Notes under the pieces: model-generated
Database searches by the model: none
What the model was told of the DNA's origin: nothing
What the model saw: the letters and a program-made list of their open reading frames with translations, nothing else
Position numbers and translations under genes: made by a program
Shown here: one piece after another, positions 33,809-41,621 of the stretch
Position numbering within the stretch: position 1 is the stretch's first letter
Layout of the letters: each line of letters begins with the position of its first letter
DNA from: a bacterium
Lineage (GTDB): Bacteria; Patescibacteriota; Microgenomatia; UBA12405
Reading direction: 5' to 3'
NCBI GenBank assembly: GCA_029561175.1
Contig: JAKQJL010000041.1
Location: 1-51,895 of the forward strand
Length of the DNA: 51,895 nt

Positions 33809-34225
33809 TTAATTAGCGCATACTGCAAACAAACCTGGGGTAGGAGTTAAACCACATTTTAATTGAGAATTATTACCATCATCACCCCGATTGGCCTCCA
33901 AAGGTGCAGTTATATAAAATCCATCACCACCATTTGTTTGAGTATAACTATAGCTAAAACCAATATTTTCCACTGTCGGTAAATACTCTGAAAACGAAGA
34001 ACCTAATCTTTCCTCAGTTCCAGTTGGATAAGCCTGGTGGTCATTATAATAAAGTCTCAAAGCACTCTTAATTGAATTCAAATCTTGGATTTTTTGAGCA
34101 TCTTTAGCTCTTTCCCGAGCCCCCATAAAATTTGGCAATAAAATTGCAGTTAAAGTTGCAATTATGCCAATAGCTACCAACAATTCAATTAAAGTAAAAC
34201 CCTTATTTGAATGTTCCATCTTCAT
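33809..34225 (-). CDS. GspG/ComGC-like pilin paralogue 3
   Basis: HSNKG/FTLIELLVAIGII...RERAKDAQKIQDLNSIKSALRLYY. Confidence 0.8.
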   Translation of the reverse strand: MKMEHSNKGFTLIELLVAIGIIATLTAILLPNFMGARERAKDAQKIQDLNSIKSALRLYYNDHQAYPTGTEERLGSSFSEYLPTVENIGFSYSYTQTNGGDGFYITAPLEANRGDDGNNSQLKCGLTPTPGLFAVCAN

Positions 34226-34691
34226 TTAAACTAGTATTTGGACTTGTCACCGCATAGCAATAACTATTTCCATTACATGAATAACTACCGATACACTCTT
34301 TATCTTCAGTATTTTCTAATTGAGCAAACAAAGCAAATTTTTTGGGGCTATTTGAATCATCCACCTGATAACAATAGGGGACATCTAAATAATTTTCTCG
34401 AGGCATTTCCTTCATATAAACATAGGCGGGAGTTGAGGTAGTATCTTCAAAAGATCCACCCCAAATTGCTCCTTCTATTTGGCCATCAACTGCATTTGGA
34501 AAATAATTGTAGTCATTATAATAAGTTAATAAAGCCTTACTTACCGAATTAATATCTCCTTTTCTTTGAACATCATTAGACTTTCTTTTAGCTGTTTGAA
34601 ATTGAGACACGGTAATAATTGTTAAAATTGAAATTATTGATATCACCACCAAAAGTTCTACTAAAGTAAATCCATTTTTCTTCATTATCAT
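34203..34691 (-). CDS. GspG/ComGC-like pilin paralogue 4
   Basis: MKKNG/FTLVELLVVISII...KRKSNDVQRKGDINSVSKALLTYY. Confidence 0.8.
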   Translation of the reverse strand: MIMKKNGFTLVELLVVISIISILTIITVSQFQTAKRKSNDVQRKGDINSVSKALLTYYNDYNYFPNAVDGQIEGAIWGGSFEDTTSTPAYVYMKEMPRENYLDVPYCYQVDDSNSPKKFALFAQLENTEDKECIGSYSCNGNSYCYAVTSPNTSLNEDGTFK

Positions 34692-34711
34692 AATATTAGA
34701 ATAATCTATCT

Positions 34712-35380
34712 TTAATTACAAACTTTACCATCCAGACAACAGCTAACTCGACACTGAGGTGAACAGCTACCAACATAAGCATTATTATGTCGCTGACCAG
34801 AATCTAAAGGCTGACAAGGATTGCTTCCTTGAGGACCATAGCAGTATTTTGTATTTCCATAAGTACATATTTCTTCTAAAACAAAATCGTCCCAATTAAC
34901 ATTCAAGCTCGACACTCCATAATTGACCTGACTATTCGACAACGACCCATCCCCCACATGATAATTTCCAGTTCTGGTTGCCCAATCGGCAGGTATGGCA
35001 CTATCTTTACTATTTTCCAATTTGGTATAAGCTTTATACCATTTTGGGCAACAATCAGACTCATTACAGTCAGTAATATAGTAATATTTATTTCCATTTG
35101 GATCACACGGCCAAGAAGATAACCATGGTGAAAAACCGTTTCCTTCGCAATCAATTCCTTCAATAAAACTTTCAGTTGGATAACAACCTTTGTCATTATA
35201 ATATTCTTCAAAAGCCACTTTCATTCTTGAAAGATCTTTTTTCTTTCGAGCATCTTTGGCTTTATTGGTCAACACAATCGGATTAAATATTCCAATTGCC
35301 ATCATCGTTAATACCGCCAATATTGCCATTACAATCAATAATTCTACCAAAGTAAAACCGTTTCTTTTTTTCATAGCCAT
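34712..35380 (-). CDS. GspG/ComGC-like pilin paralogue 5 with a 14-Cys globular domain
   Basis: KKRNG/FTLVELLIVMAILAV...NKAKDARKKKDLSRMKVAFEEYY, then 14 Cys including CC pairs (DCC, SCC). Confidence 0.8.
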   Translation of the reverse strand: MAMKKRNGFTLVELLIVMAILAVLTMMAIGIFNPIVLTNKAKDARKKKDLSRMKVAFEEYYNDKGCYPTESFIEGIDCEGNGFSPWLSSWPCDPNGNKYYYITDCNESDCCPKWYKAYTKLENSKDSAIPADWATRTGNYHVGDGSLSNSQVNYGVSSLNVNWDDFVLEEICTYGNTKYCYGPQGSNPCQPLDSGQRHNNAYVGSCSPQCRVSCCLDGKVCN

Positions 35381-36096
35381 ATTTTAATTATCTCCATCAG
35401 TTTATCACCCCACCACCAACTAATACCAGTTGCACCAATTAAAAATGGTCCAAAGGGGATAGGGTCAGTTCTTTTTTTAATTTTTAAAATTATTAAAATT
35501 ACTCCAATTATGGCCCCAATAATAAACGCCAAATAATAAGCAACCAAAATCTTGGGAAATCCTAAAAACATGCCCATAAATATGGCTAACTTCACGTCTC
35601 CAAACCCAATTCCTTTACCCTTAGTTACCAAATATAAGATTAATAAAAACAAAAACGACCCCAAGCTCGCCAACAAAAAATGATTAAAAATAGTTGCCCA
35701 ACCAATTAAAATATAAGTCGAAAAATCGGGAAGAATCATATACTTTAAATCAAAAACCAAACTAAAAACTAAAAAAACTTCTATTGGCCACAACCAATAA
35801 TCACTCACCAAAAATAATATTCCTAACAACAATTCTACTAACGGATAAGATATCGATAATTTTTTATCACAACACCGACTTTTTCCTTTTAATAATAGCC
35901 AAGAGAGCAGGGGAACATTATCAAACCATTTTAATTGCTTACCACAATGATCACAAAAACTTCTTTTTTGGTTTGTTCCTTGTAATTTGTTTCTTGTTAT
36001 TTCGTATCGCAACGCAGTGCGATACGTTAACATATTTACAAAACTTCCCAAGCATAATCCCAACAAAAATTTAATTACTCCAAAATATATTTCCAT
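35371..36096 (-). CDS. pilD: Prepilin peptidase (A24 family)
   Basis: N-terminal Cys cluster CDHCGKQL...SRCC, polytopic membrane protein, GFGDVKL active-site region. Confidence 0.85.
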   Translation of the reverse strand: MEIYFGVIKFLLGLCLGSFVNMLTYRTALRYEITRNKLQGTNQKRSFCDHCGKQLKWFDNVPLLSWLLLKGKSRCCDKKLSISYPLVELLLGILFLVSDYWLWPIEVFLVFSLVFDLKYMILPDFSTYILIGWATIFNHFLLASLGSFLFLLILYLVTKGKGIGFGDVKLAIFMGMFLGFPKILVAYYLAFIIGAIIGVILIILKIKKRTDPIPFGPFLIGATGISWWWGDKLMEIIKIWL

Positions 36097-36101
36097 AAAT
36101 T

Positions 36102-36110
36102 ACTTTAACA
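36102..36110 (-). promoter_or_regulatory. Extended -10-like box 5 nt upstream of the pilD ATG
   Basis: Minus strand TGtTAAAGT, then AATTT, then ATG (36096). Located just downstream of the pilin terminator. Confidence 0.35.
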
Positions 36111-36111
36111 A

Positions 36112-36137
36112 AAAATCCCGACCGAAGTCGGGATTTT
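36112..36137 (-). terminator. Strong intrinsic terminator after the major pilin gene
   Basis: AAAATCCCGAC-CGAA-GTCGGGATTTT (symmetric A/T flanks), 14 nt downstream of the pilin stop. Confidence 0.85.
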
Positions 36138-36150
36138 AAATTAACTAAAA

Positions 36151-36852
36151 TTAAGGAACACATTTAAATATGGCGACTTCACCTGAAGTAATTGCTGTAG
36201 TTGGTTCACCCCAAGCATCATCTCCAGTACTTGTTGGAGCAGCACAATCTCCCGTACCAGCGGCTATGCGTGTAGGTGTTGCCCCTCCTAATAAACACCA
36301 TAATTGATTTGTTGCCGTATCTCTGTTTGATTTTGCTTTTGGAACATAACAAACATAGATAGAACCACCAGAACCGCTATCTTTATACATCCACAAACCA
36401 TTCTCATCAAGTGAAGCTACGGTTCTAAATTCATCTTTGCCCACAAAAGCAGGTTTTAATTCGTCTTTAGTAATTAATAAACCCGGAGTCGTACTTGTTG
36501 TAGAACAAGCGGCAGATGTAGTTGTGGCAGGATCTGTTAAAGTAGCACTCGCATCACAAATACCAAAACCAATAGTGTCCGATCTTAACAACATAGCAGT
36601 TTCAACACTAGGTTTATTACCAGCAGGACCATAAACCATCCATGGGTAAGATTGACTATTAGCATAAAATCTTTCATAAGCATTCATGACTTCAGCGGCA
36701 TCGTTTTGAACCGTCGAATCTTTAGCTTTGTTAGCTTGTTCAATTGGATTAATGGTTGCTAAAACCGCCACCGACAAAATTGCGATTAAAGCAATTACGA
36801 TTAACAGTTCCACTAAGGTGAAACCACTCATCTTTTTTAAATTCTGTTTCAT
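36151..36852 (-). CDS. pilA: Probable major type IV pilin
   Basis: Start placed at the ATG at 36852, giving MKQNLKKMSG/FTLVELLIVIALIAILSVAVLATINPIEQANKAKD. Ala/Thr/Gly-rich with 6 Cys. Has its own TATAAT (36863-36868) and a dedicated terminator. The ORF-track start at 36885 is also possible. Confidence 0.75.
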   Translation of the reverse strand: MKQNLKKMSGFTLVELLIVIALIAILSVAVLATINPIEQANKAKDSTVQNDAAEVMNAYERFYANSQSYPWMVYGPAGNKPSVETAMLLRSDTIGFGICDASATLTDPATTTSAACSTTSTTPGLLITKDELKPAFVGKDEFRTVASLDENGLWMYKDSGSGGSIYVCYVPKAKSNRDTATNQLWCLLGGATPTRIAAGTGDCAAPTSTGDDAWGEPTTAITSGEVAIFKCVP

Positions 36853-36894
36853 TTTGTAAAAAATTATAATCTTTCTAACATCCATTATTTATCA

Positions 36895-38109
36895 CTAAAA
36901 TTGGCTTGTCAAGTTATATATTGGCATTAATACCGCCACCACCAAAAATCCTACCCCAATTCCCAAGACAATCATGATCAATGGCTCGATAGCTGAGGTT
37001 AACGCTTTTACCGATTGTTCGGCTTCTTTAGAAAAGTATTCTGATACTTTTTGTAAAACTTCATCTAGTTTTCCCGTCGCTTCTCCAGTAGACACCATCT
37101 GATTTACAATAATAGGAAATTCTCCAGTTTCTTCAAAAGAGCTACTAATTGAAAAACCTTTTTGAACTCTTTCAGCAATTTTTAAAAATGCCTGATTAAA
37201 AACTTCATTATCAGCCACATTAGAAACAATTCTTAAAGCATCAACCAAAGTAATACCCGCCGTTAACAACATCGACAAAGTTCTAATTGTATTAGCCAAG
37301 ATTGTTTTTTGGATTAACTCACCAGCAATTGGAATCTTTAAAATTATTTTATCTCTTTTGTATCTAAAGTTAGGCAATCTCGACCCAATTCTAAACACTG
37401 GAATTGCGCCTCCGATTAAAACTGGCAGTAAAAACCACCATTTAGCCATAAAGTTGGAAACCGCCATCATTCCTTGAGTAATCGCCGGCAATTTGGCATC
37501 ACCAAAATCAGCATACAAACCCATTAATTTTGGAATCACCACCACCATCATAATAATTGCCACGGCAATCATACCCACAATCACAATCACTGGATAAACC
37601 ATTGCCCCTTTAACTTTGGCCACAAACTCATCCTGATTCTCTAAATTTATGGCCAACTTCGATAAGACTTCCTCCAACACACCACCTTCTTCTCCAGCTT
37701 TAATCGATGCTACATAAGCTTCTCCAAAAACCCCTTCATATTTCTCTAAACATCTGCCCAAAGGTAGACCACCTCTAACTCCAGTCAAACAATTATCTAA
37801 AATCTCATACAACGAAGGATTGTTTTCCGATTGATCTCTTAATAAGGAAAGAGCATCAGTTAGAGGTAAACCCGAATTCATCATGGTTGCTAACTCACGA
37901 GTTAAAGTTGCCACTTGTTTTAAACCCACTCGATTTAAAACTTTTTTAGATAGTTCACCTAATAGTCCATTTTTCTGTTCACTTACAGCCAACAAAATTA
38001 ATCCATTATTTTTAACCGACTCAATTACTGTCTGTTTATCGGACGAATCAATTACTCCATATACATTTTTTCCATTCCAGTCTTTAGCCCGATAATTAAA
38101 TTTCGTCAT
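36895..38109 (-). CDS. pilC: Type IV pilus platform protein PilC (GspF family)
   Basis: Two GspF repeats and three TM segments. Typical length (404 aa) and position; 4-nt overlap with pilT. Confidence 0.88.
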   Translation of the reverse strand: MTKFNYRAKDWNGKNVYGVIDSSDKQTVIESVKNNGLILLAVSEQKNGLLGELSKKVLNRVGLKQVATLTRELATMMNSGLPLTDALSLLRDQSENNPSLYEILDNCLTGVRGGLPLGRCLEKYEGVFGEAYVASIKAGEEGGVLEEVLSKLAINLENQDEFVAKVKGAMVYPVIVIVGMIAVAIIMMVVVIPKLMGLYADFGDAKLPAITQGMMAVSNFMAKWWFLLPVLIGGAIPVFRIGSRLPNFRYKRDKIILKIPIAGELIQKTILANTIRTLSMLLTAGITLVDALRIVSNVADNEVFNQAFLKIAERVQKGFSISSSFEETGEFPIIVNQMVSTGEATGKLDEVLQKVSEYFSKEAEQSVKALTSAIEPLIMIVLGIGVGFLVVAVLMPIYNLTSQF

Positions 38110-39176
38110 ATCCCTTTAATACTCCTCAGTTTATTAGTAAATTCAGTTGGTTTTAAAGCATGGCTCATTGCCACTTCTTCACTTACTAATCCCTGATTAA
38201 CTAATCTGGCCAATGATCCCTCTAAAGTAATCATTCCCGCATCGGCACTAGTTTGAATAATATTATCAATCATAAAACTTTTTCCTTCTCGAATATTATT
38301 TTTTACTGCCGAATTAGCCACCAAAACTTCCACCGCCGGCAATCTACCTCCATCTAATGTTTGCACTAATCTCTGAGAAACAATTGCTGAAATCACTGTC
38401 GATAATTGCATTCTAATTTGCTCTTTGGCTCCTTCTGGAAAAACATCAATAATTCGGTCGATTGTTTGAGCCGCCGAATTGGTATGTAAAGTTGAAAATA
38501 CTAAATGACCAGTTTCAGCAATCGTTAAAGCCGATTGGATCGTTTCCAAATCTCGCATTTCTCCAATAAATACTACATTTGGATCTTGTCTTAAAACTGA
38601 ACGTAAAGCTGAGTTGAAACTTAAAGTATCAAAACCAAGTTCGCGTTGTGAAATCATCGATTTTTCCGGCTTAATTATATATTCAATTGGATCTTCGACG
38701 GTTACAATATGAGTTTTTCGAGTTCGATTAATTTCATTTAATATTGACGATACTGTCGTTGACTTTCCTTGTCCGGTTGGACCAGTAATTAATACAAAAC
38801 CTTGTTTTAAATTAACAAACTCACTAACAATTTTAGGCAACCCCAACTGTTCAAAAGATCTAATTTCCGACGGAACCACTCTTAAAGCTGCCGCCACTTC
38901 ACCTTTTTGATAATAAATATTTACTCGAAATCTTGTTTCATCAACTGCCAATGAAAAATCTATTTCTTTTTCTAATTCAAATTTTTTTATTTGCTCTGGG
39001 TTTAAAATCGACAAAATTTTTTGGCTCATCTCGTCACTTCGACCAATTTCAAAATTTGCCACTTCAATTAATTCACCATTGACTCGAAATTTTGGCAATA
39101 CCGATGAAAACAAATGAACATCTGAAGCCTTATTCGCCCCAGCCATTATTAAAAGTTGTCTGATTGTTTGATCCAT
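38106..39176 (-). CDS. pilT: Twitching-motility retraction ATPase PilT
   Basis: ASDVHL, Walker A GPTGQGKSTT, VFIGEMRD, GHLVFSTLHTNSA. 356 aa with no GspE N-terminal domain. Confidence 0.88.
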   Translation of the reverse strand: MDQTIRQLLIMAGANKASDVHLFSSVLPKFRVNGELIEVANFEIGRSDEMSQKILSILNPEQIKKFELEKEIDFSLAVDETRFRVNIYYQKGEVAAALRVVPSEIRSFEQLGLPKIVSEFVNLKQGFVLITGPTGQGKSTTVSSILNEINRTRKTHIVTVEDPIEYIIKPEKSMISQRELGFDTLSFNSALRSVLRQDPNVVFIGEMRDLETIQSALTIAETGHLVFSTLHTNSAAQTIDRIIDVFPEGAKEQIRMQLSTVISAIVSQRLVQTLDGGRLPAVEVLVANSAVKNNIREGKSFMIDNIIQTSADAGMITLEGSLARLVNQGLVSEEVAMSHALKPTEFTNKLRSIKGI

Positions 39177-39177
39177 A

Positions 39178-40917
39178 TTAGTATTGAGCCACCCGAAGAA
39201 CTTCTTCGATGGTAGTAATTCCTTCTAAAACTTTAACAAAACCATCTTGTTTCATTGTTAGCATTCCTTCTTCCATTGCCTGTTTTTGGATATCGCTCGA
39301 CGATCTCTTTTCCACCACCAATTTACCGATTTTTTCAGAAATTGGCATCACTTCGTAAATAGCAATTCTTCCCAAATAACCAGTGTTATTACATTTATCG
39401 CACCCAATAATCTTTGGCATTTGAATTGGCTTTCCTTCTTTTTTCCATTTATCTTCCACCATATTAAATAATGGACCCAAGGTAGTTTTAAATTCTTTTA
39501 AAGTTTCTTCATCTACATTAACCATAGTTGAACAGTTTTTACAAACTTTTCTTAATACCCGTTGACCAACCACACAAGTTAACGACGACACCAATAAAAA
39601 TGGTTCTACCCCCATATCCAACATTCGGGGAGGAACTCCAGCCGCATCGTTTGTGTGCAAAGTTGAAAACACCAAATGACCAGTTAAAGAAGCATTAATT
39701 GCTAGCTCGGCAGTTTCAGTATCCCGAATTTCTCCTACCATCATTACATTCGGATCTTGCCGCAAAAATGATCTTAATGCCGAAGCAAAAGTCAAACCTG
39801 CCTGAACGTTAACTTGAACTTGATTTACTCCCTTCATTTGATATTCCACTGGATCTTCCACTGTTACCACATTAACTTTCGGAGTTGCCACAATATCCAA
39901 AACAGAATATAAAGTAGTGGTTTTACCAGATCCAGTTGGGCCACAAACAATAATTATTCCATGAGGTCTAGCAATCCCATCCATTAAATTTCTCAAAGCC
40001 AAACCTCTCAATCCCAACTCTTGAAGAGTAGGCACTTTCTGAGATTTCTTTAACAACCGCATTACCACTTTTTCACCATAAGTTGTTGGTAAGGTTGATA
40101 CCCGCAAGTCAACATCATTATCATCCACTGAAAAGAAAAACCGACCATCCTGAGGAACTCTTTTCTCATCAATTTTTAAGCTCGACAAAATTTTTATTCT
40201 CGACACTACTGCGTCATTCACATTTCGAGGGAGCACATATTTTTCTTGTAGAACACCATCAATTCGGTATCGAACTCGAACATTATCTTCCTGAGGTTCA
40301 ATATGAATATCCGAAGCTCGCGCCTTAATTGCATATTCCAAAACAGTATTTACAATTTTTGCTACCGGAGCCTCAGCTGATACTTTCTTTCGAGATTCAT
40401 CAACTATTTGTTCTTCATTTTTATGTTCATCTAAAGCTTTGGTAACTTCCGAAGTTATCCCTTTTTCTCGAATATATTTCTCTCGAATAAACGATTCGAT
40501 TTGTTTCTCCATCGACATTGCCGTCTTAACCTGCATTCCCGATTTCTTTTCCAAAAACTCTACCGTTTCCAAATCTAGGGGATTAGCCATGGTTACCAAC
40601 AAAACCTTGTTTTTAGTATCCATTTTATATGGCACTACCTTATATTTAGTGGCCACACTTTCTGGAACTAACGCCAATGCTTCCGGAGAAAATCCAATCT
40701 CATCCAAATTAACATACTCTACGTTTAAAAATTCAGCTTTTGCTTTAACAAAATCTTCTTCGCTAACTAATCTTAATGATTTAATTATTTCCTCTTCTAT
40801 TTCTCCAGTTTTAAGCTGTCTTAAGGCAATCTCATCAGCCGCTTTTTCGTCGATCAATTGACGATCAAGCAATATTTCACGAATATTTTTATAATTCTTT
40901 TGGGCAGACATTACCAT
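39178..40917 (-). CDS. pilB: Type IV pilus extension ATPase PilB (GspE family)
   Basis: N-terminal GSPII_E_N-like domain, Walker A GPTGSGKTTT, MVGEIRD, GHLVFSTLHTNDA, tetra-Cys CKNC...CDKC. Confidence 0.9.
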   Translation of the reverse strand: MVMSAQKNYKNIREILLDRQLIDEKAADEIALRQLKTGEIEEEIIKSLRLVSEEDFVKAKAEFLNVEYVNLDEIGFSPEALALVPESVATKYKVVPYKMDTKNKVLLVTMANPLDLETVEFLEKKSGMQVKTAMSMEKQIESFIREKYIREKGITSEVTKALDEHKNEEQIVDESRKKVSAEAPVAKIVNTVLEYAIKARASDIHIEPQEDNVRVRYRIDGVLQEKYVLPRNVNDAVVSRIKILSSLKIDEKRVPQDGRFFFSVDDNDVDLRVSTLPTTYGEKVVMRLLKKSQKVPTLQELGLRGLALRNLMDGIARPHGIIIVCGPTGSGKTTTLYSVLDIVATPKVNVVTVEDPVEYQMKGVNQVQVNVQAGLTFASALRSFLRQDPNVMMVGEIRDTETAELAINASLTGHLVFSTLHTNDAAGVPPRMLDMGVEPFLLVSSLTCVVGQRVLRKVCKNCSTMVNVDEETLKEFKTTLGPLFNMVEDKWKKEGKPIQMPKIIGCDKCNNTGYLGRIAIYEVMPISEKIGKLVVEKRSSSDIQKQAMEEGMLTMKQDGFVKVLEGITTIEEVLRVAQY

Positions 40918-40945
40918 ATACTAATAAGATAATATACAATTATCC

Positions 40946-41566
40946 ATGTTATTTCCATCGACATTATTAATCTATAAAAATAGTTTTGATTCTAAGGTTA
41001 TATCTGAGCTTATCGCTCAGCTAGATCATCAACTAGCCAACAACCCTGATTTGCTTACTCTTACTGAGTACGATATTAAATCTGTTCGTCAACTCGATAA
41101 ATTTATCTCTCTCAAACCATATGCCCATTCATCAAAAATTATCATTATTCCCGATGCACACTTACTTAGCCTCGAATCTCAAAACACTCTTTTAAAAAAT
41201 CTTGAAGAACCCAAGCAAAATTACTTTATTCTCACTACTAACCATCCAGCTAAAATTATTACCACTGTTTTATCTCGCTGCCATCAAATTATTCTCGATC
41301 ATCAAAATCAACCCACCGATCAAGCTTTCACCCTCCCAAAAACTCTTGAACAAGCACTGCTTTTATCCGACAGTTTAGCCAAAAACAAAGTTGAAACTAT
41401 AAACTATCTTGAATCTCAACTCGAATCGTGGCAAAAAATTTTAGTTTCCCAGCCAAACCCTAAAAACCACCAAATTATCAATCAATTAATTCACACTCTT
41501 AACTTAGTTAACGCTAATGTTGATCCAAAATCAGCTCTCGACTCTTTATTTATCAACTTACTTTAA
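40946..41566 (+). CDS. holB: DNA polymerase III delta-prime-like subunit, minimal form without a Walker A
   Basis: SQNTLLKNLEEP and TVLSRC motifs. 206 aa, with no GxxGxGK visible. Confidence 0.6.
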   Translation: MLFPSTLLIYKNSFDSKVISELIAQLDHQLANNPDLLTLTEYDIKSVRQLDKFISLKPYAHSSKIIIIPDAHLLSLESQNTLLKNLEEPKQNYFILTTNHPAKIITTVLSRCHQIILDHQNQPTDQAFTLPKTLEQALLLSDSLAKNKVETINYLESQLESWQKILVSQPNPKNHQIINQLIHTLNLVNANVDPKSALDSLFINLL

Positions 41567-41604
41567 TGTTCTCCGCACTTTCACCTCATAGATTATTTTT
41601 TTAG

Positions 41605-41613
41605 TGCTATAAT
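41605..41613 (+). promoter_or_regulatory. Extended -10 box 8 nt upstream of the fic ATG
   Basis: TGcTATAAT, hexamer 41608-41613; ATG at 41622. Confidence 0.45.
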
Positions 41614-41621
41614 TATTCCAA

